A DNA stretch of 64,000 nt from Syntrophorhabdaceae bacterium (lineage in GTDB: Bacteria > Desulfobacterota > Syntrophorhabdia > Syntrophorhabdales > Syntrophorhabdaceae), in NCBI GenBank assembly GCA_963665295.1, contig OY762209.1:2496001-2560000 (forward strand). Reading direction: 5' to 3'. Shown here piece by piece: positions 9,376 through 17,422 of this stretch (its first letter is position 1; the number at the start of each line of letters is the position of its first letter). The notes below the pieces were generated by a model. The model was not told where the DNA came from, made no database searches, and saw only the letters and a program-made list of their open reading frames with translations. Both the position numbers and the translations under genes were made by a program.

Positions 9376-9677
9376 GGCGATGCCTCCATCTCCCTGAGAT
9401 ATTCCCGGTCGCGGATAGCATCCCTGACTATTTCAGAACAGGTCAGCTCTTCGCTCACATGGGCTTTCAGAACCGAGAGACGGGCATTGTTCTTGATAGC
9501 GGCATGCACGAGTCTCTTCGCTTCCCTGAGAGCGGCGTCGAATTCCTCATTTTCCTCGTCTATCGATGGGCCTCCGGATATCACGCCCACCCTCAGGTTT
9601 GCTATTTTTCTCAATTCCGTTCGGGCCTCGACGACCCTCTTTATTGCGGCATCAATCTCGGCATAATTTGTCTTCAT
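9372..9677 (-). CDS. Hypothetical protein
   Basis: GGAGG upstream of ATG 9677 (alternative start 9716). Confidence 0.65.
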   Translation of the reverse strand: MKTNYAEIDAAIKRVVEARTELRKIANLRVGVISGGPSIDEENEEFDAALREAKRLVHAAIKNNARLSVLKAHVSEELTCSEIVRDAIRDREYLREMEASP

Positions 9678-9714
9678 GTTACCCTCCGATTGTGTATTGG
9701 GTTTCACCATGTTC

Positions 9715-9750
9715 ATACTATAAGTATATACCTATAGGTAAACATGTCAA
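9715..9750 (-). promoter_or_regulatory. Sigma70-type promoter with overlapping palindromes
   Basis: TTGACA-16-TATACT on minus strand; TACCTATAGGTA palindrome in spacer; ATACT-N3-AGTAT over the -10/start. Confidence 0.7.
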
Positions 9751-9774
9751 GTTCTTTTTTGAAAAAATTGCGCA

Positions 9775-9806
9775 AAAAAGAAGGGCGGACCTGTCGGGCC
9801 GCCCTT
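9775..9806 (-). terminator. Intrinsic terminator after ParB gene
   Basis: AAGGGCGG/CCGCCCTT stem followed by CTTTTTT on minus strand. Confidence 0.8.
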
Positions 9807-9820
9807 GATGAGTGCTTCTT

Positions 9821-11401
9821 TCAGTTCTTCTTCTCTTCCAGTATCTCCTTCGGGACTTTTCCGGCGAGGTTTACACCGGATTCCAGGACGAGGCGGATGA
9901 GGTCGGTTTTTTTGCAGTGGGCCGGGGATTTTGCCTTGATGGTGCCTTGCAGGAAGGCCTTCGCCTTCTCGTCTTCGAAGATGCCGAATTCGTGGCCCAG
10001 GGAGAGGATCTCCTTGATGGTCTTCTTTTTGAGGTACTCTTCGTGGATTGTCCAATCCCTTTGGAGGTCGACGCCCAGGTGGGAGGCTACCCGGTGCCTT
10101 GCGGAGGGTCCGAAATCGGGTTGGAGGGTGACGGCGAGTGATGCCTTGCGCAACGCCTCTTTGACTTCGGCGAGGTCCATCTTTTCGACGATCTCCCAGA
10201 GGGATGCGGCTCCATCGTATCCCCCATACCGCTGGGCGGCGGGGAGCACGGCTTTCACCGCGTTAAAGTTGCAGTGCATGAGGGACACGAGGGTGAGGCG
10301 GAGCACTTTGAGGTCGTCGGGGGGAAGATCAGCGGCAAGGGAGGGGATGCGCTCGGCGTAAAAGGCCTCCCGGAACAACTCGCCATGGCCGGGGGTCTTC
10401 TTCGGAGAGGAACCGGACAGGTGTGAGTCCTGGCCCTTCCCTTCCTTGCACTTCGGGTTGAAACAGGCACGGGGAACGAAAAGGCCTCCGTCGAGACGGA
10501 TAATGGTAAAGAAATGCTCACAGGTGAGGCATTTCGCCGAGGGAGTGTAGAGGGACCGGTACTCTCCCCAATCGACCTCGTCCGCGAACCTCACGGCGGG
10601 GGTCTTGTACTCCTTCGCGTATTTCATGGACGGCCAGTGGTCGAGGAAGTGTTTTCGCTGCTTCTCGATGAAACAGGAGGGAAGGAGGCACGACGCCTTG
10701 TCCATCTTGAAGTCATCGCCGAAGAGGGAGCCCTGCACGGCTGAGTTGTGGTTGCATTTCCCGCACCCTGCCTTTTTCCGGTTGAACGCGGCCCGGGCGA
10801 GGGGTTTGGAGCGGTTGTTGAGCATCATCCTGAGTTCGTTGACGGAGGGTATCCTCTGCCGGAATATCTCGATCGCAAATTCGAGGACCTCGCCGGGGTC
10901 GAGCCTGAGCAGTTGCTCGAGGTGGCCGTAGACGAGGGCTCCTTCCTCCCACGCCTTGAGAATCTCGTGGGGCAGAGTGAGGACCCTGACCCTGCGGCGG
11001 ACGTAGCGCGGATCCACGCCGATCCTTTCGGCAAGGGAGGGAATCTCCTCCTCTCCCCTGACCTGGATGTATTCTTTGAAGTTCTTCGCTTCCTCGTATT
11101 CGCTCAAGTCCTCCCGGTGCAAGTTCTCCACGGTCATGACGTCGAGGGCCTCCTCGTCCGTTAAGTCCTGAACCACAGCGGGGATCGTGCCTGTTTCGGC
11201 TTCGCGGGAGGCCCTCAGGCGGCGCTCACCCGCGACAAGCTCGAACCCGCCGTTCATAGGGCGGACAATGACCGGCTCGACGACGCCCTGCTTTCTTATC
11301 GACGCCACCAGCTCGTCAAAACCACGGCCGGAAAAGTTCTCCCTCGGGTTGTGGGGGTTGGCTACGATGTCCGCGAGTGGAATGGTTCTTAATTCTTTCA
11401 T
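9821..11401 (-). CDS. ParB/RepB/Spo0J-family protein with Cys motifs and long C-terminus
   Basis: NPHNPR, LVAGERRLRA CTPase motif, ENLHREDL, HTH; CGKC...CLLPSC; no ParA partner in window. Confidence 0.9.
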   Translation of the reverse strand: MKELRTIPLADIVANPHNPRENFSGRGFDELVASIRKQGVVEPVIVRPMNGGFELVAGERRLRASREAETGTIPAVVQDLTDEEALDVMTVENLHREDLSEYEEAKNFKEYIQVRGEEEIPSLAERIGVDPRYVRRRVRVLTLPHEILKAWEEGALVYGHLEQLLRLDPGEVLEFAIEIFRQRIPSVNELRMMLNNRSKPLARAAFNRKKAGCGKCNHNSAVQGSLFGDDFKMDKASCLLPSCFIEKQRKHFLDHWPSMKYAKEYKTPAVRFADEVDWGEYRSLYTPSAKCLTCEHFFTIIRLDGGLFVPRACFNPKCKEGKGQDSHLSGSSPKKTPGHGELFREAFYAERIPSLAADLPPDDLKVLRLTLVSLMHCNFNAVKAVLPAAQRYGGYDGAASLWEIVEKMDLAEVKEALRKASLAVTLQPDFGPSARHRVASHLGVDLQRDWTIHEEYLKKKTIKEILSLGHEFGIFEDEKAKAFLQGTIKAKSPAHCKKTDLIRLVLESGVNLAGKVPKEILEEKKN

Positions 11402-11482
11402 GGTTTGATTTCTCCTTTTTGATGGTTTCCCCGTAGGGGATGATGGGGCAGAGGGACCGCGCCCCCTGCCCGGGTTGGGTGG

Positions 11483-12343
11483 TTATGCCGCGTGTTCCAT
11501 GGCGTCCTTTATTCCGGCTCCCGCGTGGATCAGCTTTCGCATTTTCATCAGGTGCTGGATAATGAGGTCGAGCCTTTCGGGGCTCACCTGGGAATGAAAG
11601 GATGCCTTCTTGAAGTGCTCCGTGCCGAGGGCTCCCGTCGCCTTGATGAAACGCTCGATAGTCTTTAAGAGACCCTCGAAGTCATCGAGGGACTTCTTTT
11701 CTTCCTCCGTGATGGTGCGGAAGGTGAAGAGGGCTTCCTGCTGCTCCATCATTATCAGACCGTCCACGAAGGAGCGGAGTTTGTTGTAGGTAGCCAGCTC
11801 TCCGGACGTGATCTTCCGGAGAAGCAAGGCCTGTTTGTCAGCGGAAACCCGGCTCATTTCGAATGCCTGGGAGTGGCCGATGGTCCCGTCCACCACGAGG
11901 CGCTGGTGTTCGGGTGAGAGGTTCAGGAGGCTCGTCCTCTCGTCCACCCTCCAGGCCTGTTTGAAGCCCATCTTGCGGGCGAGTTCTTCCTTTGACCATC
12001 CCCGGTCGAGAAGGGCCTGAAAGGCTTTCGCCTCCTCGATGATGTTCAGGTCCTGGCGCTGGATATTCTCCAGAAGGGATAGTTCTTCCACCAGGGCGTC
12101 GTCGGCGTCGATCACCCTCGCGGGGATCTCGCCGAGGCCGGCAAGGAGGGAGGCGCGGAAACGCCTCTCCCCTCCTATTATCATGAAACGGTCGCCCCTC
12201 GGGGTGACCACGATGGGCTCAAGGACCCCGTATTGCCTGATGGACATGGCGAGTTCGTCGAGTTTTTCGGGGTCGAACTCCTTCCGGGGCTGATCGGGGT
12301 TCGGGTAAATCGATGCAAGGGGTAATGTCTGGTCGTTGTTCAT
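11483..12343 (-). CDS. ParB/RepB/Spo0J-family protein
   Basis: PNPDQPRKEF, IIGGERRFRA, ENIQRQDL; start moved to MNNDQ (12343), coupled to upstream gene. Confidence 0.9.
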   Translation of the reverse strand: MNNDQTLPLASIYPNPDQPRKEFDPEKLDELAMSIRQYGVLEPIVVTPRGDRFMIIGGERRFRASLLAGLGEIPARVIDADDALVEELSLLENIQRQDLNIIEEAKAFQALLDRGWSKEELARKMGFKQAWRVDERTSLLNLSPEHQRLVVDGTIGHSQAFEMSRVSADKQALLLRKITSGELATYNKLRSFVDGLIMMEQQEALFTFRTITEEEKKSLDDFEGLLKTIERFIKATGALGTEHFKKASFHSQVSPERLDLIIQHLMKMRKLIHAGAGIKDAMEHAA

Positions 12344-12747
12344 AATATTTCCTCCAGAAGTTGTGATGTGGGAAGCTCCATGCCGCCCTGCAGGTGGACC
12401 ACGTCGATTCCGTGGTCCCGGAGAAGGCGGGCGGCGATGTCTGTCACGCGGTGGCACCTCAAGGGGTCGTCTTCGAGGCACAGAAGAATGGGGGTATCCC
12501 CGAGCCCCGCCAGATACCTGATGCCCTCTTCCGTGGCGGGGCCGTGCTTGCCTCCGAGGGTGTCGCCTTTCCACTGGTAGGCCGGGCCGAAGCGCCGGGC
12601 CATTTGATTGCGGTTGAATTCGTATTTGTCGGGACGTCTGGTGTAGGGCACCGACCTCACGTCCACGATCAGGACGATCCCGTATTTCTTCATGAGGTCC
12701 TCAAGGTCGGGGACCGTTCTTTTTTCGTAGCCCGTGGAGTAGATCAT
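12340..12747 (-). CDS. DUF488-like protein
   Basis: IYSTGY...IVDVRSVP...LGG...LLCLEDDPLRCHR pattern. Confidence 0.8.
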   Translation of the reverse strand: MIYSTGYEKRTVPDLEDLMKKYGIVLIVDVRSVPYTRRPDKYEFNRNQMARRFGPAYQWKGDTLGGKHGPATEEGIRYLAGLGDTPILLCLEDDPLRCHRVTDIAARLLRDHGIDVVHLQGGMELPTSQLLEEIL

Positions 12748-12750
12748 GGG

Positions 12751-14163
12751 TTACGCCCTTATCGGCATGACGACTGCCTTCTTGTTGATGGTGCATGCCC
12801 CGTAGCTCGCCGGGACTTCCATGACCGTCGTCTCGTACTGAAAAGATTTCAGCGCGTCAATGAGGAACTTGGGGTTGAAGGCGAGGGTAAAGGGACCCTC
12901 CGCTCCTTCGGTTTCGCAGGGGATCTGCCACGAATAGGACGCCCCGGTCTCACTCTCGGCTTCAACCGAAAGGGAACCGTTCGCCTTGAGGCGCACGGAC
13001 TGCTTTGACAGGGGGTTCGCCCCATCGAGAAGCTGCAAGAAGTCCTTCGAGGAAAAGGTGAGCTTCACCGCCGAGGGAGGGACAATGTCCTGATAGTCGG
13101 GGAAATTCCCCTGAACGCACTTTGTCACGAGCAGACCACCCTTCATCGGGAAGGAGACCATGTCCACCTGGTCCTCCGCTTCACCCGGGGCGACGGTGAA
13201 TTCATCCGAAATCGCATGTTTGACCGCGATCTTCACCGCCTGACGGGGCACGGTGAAGGACGGGGCCTGAGCAGGGGTCACGTCGTCGATGTGAAGCCTG
13301 AAGCCGTCCGTGGCGACCACCTTGCCGCGGGAGGGGTCCACGCGGGCGCCGGTGAGGGCATAACGCGAATCGTCGTCACTGATGGCGGGGGCGACTTTTC
13401 GCAGGGCTTCGAGGAGGCCGGAGAGTTGGACCGGGGGGCCGTCGGGGAATACGAGGACCGGGTACTCGGCGGCGTCCGTGGTGTTGAGTTCGCACCGGGA
13501 GTTGACCTGGAGCGTCTCTCCGATGAAGGTGAAGACCACTTCCGAAATATCCTTCGGGAGGGCCTTCACTTCGAGAAGAGTCAGGGCCGTGGGGATGCAG
13601 CGGACCACGGGCTCCGGTGAGTCGCAGGGGATGGAGACGCGCCACGATTCGGCGAGGTTCGTGGCGGATACGGTGCAGACGCCGGGTTTGGTTGTGTCCA
13701 GCATGGTGAAGGAGAGGATGGGGAGGCTTCCTTTCATGGCGGTCACGTCGTTGGCCACGGCGAGGGCCTCGGTGATAAGCTGCCGCTTGATGGTGACGGT
13801 CCTGGGAGTGAGGTCCACCGGCTCGGGGCCGGGAGCGGCTGATTCGGCGGGCTCTGTTTTTTCGGTGGTTTCGGACGGTTCGCCGGAGGGGGCGGCTTCG
13901 GTTGCCGGCGCTATCTCTTCGGGGGCGGTGGGGTCAAGGTGCTCAGTCTGGACAGTGGAGGCGGGAGCCGGTGTCTCCACGGCTGTCGATTTGGACGGCT
14001 TGCGGGTCACACGGTACTCTACCTTCGTGGGTGTTTCCTTTATCTTCTCCGTTACCCATTCCCTCGGGTTGAGGCCGATCGCTTCGAGACCTTCTTTTGT
14101 GCTGGCGACTTCGCCGACGAGCACTTCTGTTCCGATTCCTTCTATTCTATAGATTGATTTCAT
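12751..14163 (-). CDS. DNA polymerase III beta (sliding clamp)-like protein with N-terminal extension
   Basis: LPILS, SATNL, SRYALTG, VATDGFRL, GNFPDYQ, AFNPKFLIDAL, VVMPIR motifs; start MKSIY (14163) with AAGGAGG. Confidence 0.85.
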   Translation of the reverse strand: MKSIYRIEGIGTEVLVGEVASTKEGLEAIGLNPREWVTEKIKETPTKVEYRVTRKPSKSTAVETPAPASTVQTEHLDPTAPEEIAPATEAAPSGEPSETTEKTEPAESAAPGPEPVDLTPRTVTIKRQLITEALAVANDVTAMKGSLPILSFTMLDTTKPGVCTVSATNLAESWRVSIPCDSPEPVVRCIPTALTLLEVKALPKDISEVVFTFIGETLQVNSRCELNTTDAAEYPVLVFPDGPPVQLSGLLEALRKVAPAISDDDSRYALTGARVDPSRGKVVATDGFRLHIDDVTPAQAPSFTVPRQAVKIAVKHAISDEFTVAPGEAEDQVDMVSFPMKGGLLVTKCVQGNFPDYQDIVPPSAVKLTFSSKDFLQLLDGANPLSKQSVRLKANGSLSVEAESETGASYSWQIPCETEGAEGPFTLAFNPKFLIDALKSFQYETTVMEVPASYGACTINKKAVVMPIRA

Positions 14164-14179
14164 GAGATTCCTCCTTGAG

Positions 14180-14449
14180 TTAATTCCCCTTCGAGGGGTT
14201 GTCTTGTGGTACGGGCAATATGACGAGCTTGCTGAATTGGGTACGGTAAATCTCGGCCATCCATTCGAATTCTTCGGGGGTGACTCTACCCGCTTTTGCG
14301 TATACCGGGGAGCCATTTTTCTTGCCGATTTCACGCGGGCCGATCTGAACTTTTGGAGCGCCTCCGTTGTAGGATGAGAGAGAAAACCATAACCCCGTCT
14401 TCTCGTTCTTGATTTCACTGATAACTCGGTCTTTATCTTCATTAAACAT
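14180..14449 (-). CDS. Possible PC4/YdbC-like ssDNA-binding protein
   Basis: FSLSSYNGGAPKVQI...AGRVTPEEF resembles the PC4-fold pattern. Confidence 0.45.
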   Translation of the reverse strand: MFNEDKDRVISEIKNEKTGLWFSLSSYNGGAPKVQIGPREIGKKNGSPVYAKAGRVTPEEFEWMAEIYRTQFSKLVILPVPQDNPSKGN

Positions 14450-14687
14450 CCCTTTCCTCCTTTTCGTTATTTGATACGACGGAGCTTACCGCGGAGCCCC
14501 ATCCGAGTTTCATCCATGCGTTGATCTCACCCTCGGGGAACGTGCTTCCGCCCACACTTACGGTCTTGAAAAGAGGGTCGTAGGTGCCGGCGAGGACGCG
14601 GCCGCTTTCGAGAGTGATCTTGATCCTTAATTTGTCCCTGCAGGCGAGGGCTTGCGCCAGTTCCCGCAGGTGTGCTAGATTTTTCAT
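14442..14687 (-). CDS. Hypothetical protein
   Basis: AAGGAGG RBS; overlaps next gene. Confidence 0.65.
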   Translation of the reverse strand: MKNLAHLRELAQALACRDKLRIKITLESGRVLAGTYDPLFKTVSVGGSTFPEGEINAWMKLGWGSAVSSVVSNNEKEERDV

Positions 14688-14760
14688 GCCTTAAATGCCT
14701 CCTTGCGTGGTTTTTGGGGTTTTGCCCCCCAGGCTGTTCGCGCAGTCCTGAGGGGCGTCT

Positions 14761-15261
14761 TTATGCGACAAACAACCTTCCCTGTCCTGTTTCCTGTTCC
14801 CTCCGGGCTTCTTTCTCTTCCCGGCGGGCGGCGGCCGCCTGTTCCCGGGTGGCGTGCTTCTTGAAGTCCCTGAGGGTGTTCAGGAGGGGGTTGTCGATCT
14901 CGCCGCCACGGGCGCGGTAGATATCGCGCCTCAGGTCCGCGAGGCAGTGCAGCTCGTCGGGGCTTAAGGGGCGGTCCACGTGCTCCGTCCGGAGATCCTC
15001 GGGCAGCTCCCGGCCTCGGGCGAGGACCAGCTTTCCGGCCAGATGCAAATAGATGTTCGCGTATTCGTGGTACATGGGGGCCCGCATCGAGGCGGGCATG
15101 AGGTACGCCACTACTTCGGCGTCCCCTACCTTCTCGATGTCGGGCTTGAGCATCGACGCGAGGCCGATGAACATCCTCTCCGAGGCCACTTCATCGAGAA
15201 GCCATTTCGGGATAAGGTCCGCCCACGACGCGTCGCCTACTACCAGTCTGTTACCGCTCAT
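14761..15261 (-). CDS. Hypothetical protein
   Basis: AGGAGGT RBS; protein-like. Confidence 0.75.
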   Translation of the reverse strand: MSGNRLVVGDASWADLIPKWLLDEVASERMFIGLASMLKPDIEKVGDAEVVAYLMPASMRAPMYHEYANIYLHLAGKLVLARGRELPEDLRTEHVDRPLSPDELHCLADLRRDIYRARGGEIDNPLLNTLRDFKKHATREQAAAARREEKEARREQETGQGRLFVA

Positions 15262-15277
15262 TTTTGTTCACCTCCTT

Positions 15278-15676
15278 TTAGTCTTCGTGGGGGAGCATGA
15301 TGGTGATTACCGGCTCCGGGGTGTCTCCGGGGCCGATGACCGCCTTCAGGGTGACAAGCCTTTTCTGCTGCTCCTTCATGATGAAGTAGAGCCGGAAGTA
15401 CATAAGGTCCGTGGATGAATTGCGGGCGGCCACGCGGAACATCCAAAGGACATCCCAGAGGCGGCCCGCTTCGGACTGACCCCACTTTCTCGATCTCAGG
15501 TCGGGGACGATGTAGCCATGCCACAGGGCGCTCGTGAGCGCGACGGGGTACTTGATGCCCGCTTCGACGGCCGTTTCGGTGACGTCCACCAGGACGCCGT
15601 CCGCGATCGCCTCCGCGCGAGTGTAGGAATAGATCACTTCAAGGTCTTCGGGGTGGTTTGTGTCGTGTTCTGCCAT
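15278..15676 (-). CDS. DUF6573-like protein
   Basis: YSYTRAEAIADGVLVDV...GQSEAGRLWDVLWM...PEPVITIMLPHED; start moved to MAEHD (15676). Confidence 0.75.
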   Translation of the reverse strand: MAEHDTNHPEDLEVIYSYTRAEAIADGVLVDVTETAVEAGIKYPVALTSALWHGYIVPDLRSRKWGQSEAGRLWDVLWMFRVAARNSSTDLMYFRLYFIMKEQQKRLVTLKAVIGPGDTPEPVITIMLPHED

Positions 15677-15681
15677 GTTGA

Positions 15682-15822
15682 TCACCCCTCGATTACTTCC
15701 ACTGTTTCCTTCTTGCCGGTGTGCCACCTGATTTCCACATACCCGATTCTGAGGTTGTTCACGCATTCAAACCTGCCGTCCTTGATGTTTCTTTGCGCGG
15801 TGCTCATCTTGATCCTTTTCAT
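15682..15822 (-). CDS. 46-aa small protein, first ORF of the accessory operon
   Basis: Not in ORF track; AGGAGG RBS; MKRIKMSTAQRNIKDGRFECVNNLRIGYVEIRWHTGKKETVEVIEG. Confidence 0.55.
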   Translation of the reverse strand: MKRIKMSTAQRNIKDGRFECVNNLRIGYVEIRWHTGKKETVEVIEG

Positions 15823-15838
15823 TGCTCGTTCCTCCTGG

Positions 15839-15895
15839 AGTGGTTTCGGCCTTGGAAGCGGCCATTCTCAAACCCGGCACTACCGGGTGACCACT
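15839..15895 (-). ncRNA. Type III hammerhead ribozyme, U3-A8 core variant
   Basis: Minus strand AGUGG-UC-ACCCGG uagug CCGGGU-UUGAGAA-U-GGCC gcuuccaa GGCC-GAAA-CCACU; all three stems pair perfectly; GUC cleavage triplet. Confidence 0.75.
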
Positions 15896-15913
15896 GCCTG
15901 AGTTTTATTGTCA

Positions 15914-16215
15914 TGGTGGGTGGGAGGAATTGAACCTCCTTCACCCGGGGACCCGCCTCAGGTCTTTATTCCCCAGTCCGACTTTTGGGTGCGATTAAGC
16001 GGCCCGTGTTACCGCGCTGGGTGCGGTGTCCGTTTCCTGCCCTGCCGTGAAGGCCAGGGAAAGGCCGGAGCGATTTCTGTAGCCGGGCTGACTTGCGGTC
16101 CCGGCATCAACCCTTCCGCCGAAGGGGTTAACAGACGTGGAAGGCTGGACCGTCTCGCGGAGGGGGCGGTCGCTTGCCTGTTTCGTGGTCTGTTTCATTT
16201 TGTCTAATGATTTCA
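15914..16215 (-). ncRNA. Structured leader RNA ending in a tRNA-like minihelix with ACCA
   Basis: Consecutive hairpins, then GGGUG-AA-GGAGG-UUCAAUU-CCUCC-CACCC-A-CCA. Confidence 0.55.
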
Positions 16216-16257
16216 TATACTTATAGTATATTGTAACATACGGGCCTGGGGATGCAA
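16215..16257 (-). promoter_or_regulatory. Sigma70-type promoter with palindromic operator
   Basis: TTGCAT-16-TACAAT with extended TG; ATATACT-TAT-AGTATAT palindrome at 16215-16231. Confidence 0.6.
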
Positions 16258-16504
16258 GAGAAATAACCTGTTAAATCAATGACTTATACATTAAAGGTAA
16301 TCTGTTACCTCAGTTACGGGGCGTACTCGTGAGATACGCGGAGGTGGAGGGGCTGATAAATTTTATGGGGGATGGGGGTTAAAGCGGGCGTGTAGGGGTA
16401 GGTTTTGAAGTGAAAAAGGCGTGAAAAACGGGCAAAAAGGGTGTTTTCTGATATTTAGAATATTAAATAATAAGTTTAGTATGGTGCTATTTCGTGAAAA
16501 ACGC

Positions 16505-16662
16505 TCCTAGATGTAATGATAAGAATGGTTTACAACCCTTTCCGTACGCGAGGGGTCTGATAGGGTCAATAGTGATATAAAGGAAGGGGCGCTTTCGTGC
16601 AGTACGCGCGAAATACGCCCATTGGTTCCTAGATGTAATGAAAATGGGGGTTTACGTCCCTT
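16505..16662. repeat. Pair of 36-bp imperfect direct repeats
   Basis: TCCTAGATGTAATGAnAAnnnnGGTTTACnnCCCTT at 16505-16540 and 16627-16662, ungapped. Confidence 0.8.
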
Positions 16663-17422
16663 GCGCCGATGGGCCGGAGCCGGGCGGTGTATCGAGGCCG
16701 GAGAGGCCTGCTCGCGCGAGGTCCAGTATCTTCATGAAGGCGGTGGGGTTGTTGATTATGTTGTATTTGTCCTTGATGTCCACCAGGAGGTTGAAAACCT
16801 GCTCGTAGTGGGAACGGGAGAGGACGTAGTTTTCTTCACCGGCGAAATAGAGGTCGATCTCTTCGAGGACCTTTTTTATTTCCTCCGCCTCCTCGGGAAG
16901 GAAGAGGAACATTAAATGTTTGAAGTCGGGGCGGGCCTCCACGATGGAGGTGAACTCCATCTTCTCCAGCTCCTTGATGATCTCGCTGTCGAGGCCTGCG
17001 TACATCTTGAGGTCGATGATCTCGATCTCGTCCCACAGTTCCTTGAGGATCACGGGGTCGTCCCGGCCTTCTATGGCGTTGTGGGAAAGCTGGACCGCTA
17101 CCTGCTCCTGGCGGGTTAGTTCCTTGTCGATGACGAGGATGAGGACTTCCTCCAAGCCTGCGTGGACGGCGGCCTGGACGCGGTGGTTGCCGGAGAGGAC
17201 GAGGAGCCGGCCGTCGGGCTCGCGGTAGCAGAGAGGGAGGGAGGAGAGGCCTCCGTCCTTTTTGATGTTGCTCACCAGGTTGTCGAACATTTCCTGGGTC
17301 ATGTACCGGGCGTTCTTGTCGAGGAGGATGATCTCGCGCGGGTTGACCAGGTCGAGCTTGTAGGGCATCTCCTGAAGGTGGGCGTTGAGGTCGCTTATCG
17401 TTTCTCGTATTTCTTTTGCCAT
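16652..17422 (-). CDS. ParB/Srx N-terminal-domain protein coupled to DNA-modification gene
   Basis: KNARYM...LVSNIKKDG...VLSGNHRVQAA; no HTH evident; overlaps upstream gene. Confidence 0.75.
   Translation of the reverse strand: MAKEIRETISDLNAHLQEMPYKLDLVNPREIILLDKNARYMTQEMFDNLVSNIKKDGGLSSLPLCYREPDGRLLVLSGNHRVQAAVHAGLEEVLILVIDKELTRQEQVAVQLSHNAIEGRDDPVILKELWDEIEIIDLKMYAGLDSEIIKELEKMEFTSIVEARPDFKHLMFLFLPEEAEEIKKVLEEIDLYFAGEENYVLSRSHYEQVFNLLVDIKDKYNIINNPTAFMKILDLARAGLSGLDTPPGSGPSAQGT

Noticed and set aside
9821..12343. Complete ParABS partition system
   Set aside because: No ParA ATPase or parS array seen in the window
15870..15990. Full tRNA or tmRNA
   Set aside because: No D or anticodon arm, acceptor only 5 bp, no tag frame recognised
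16505..16662. CRISPR array
   Set aside because: Only two imperfect repeats with an 86-nt gap and no cas genes
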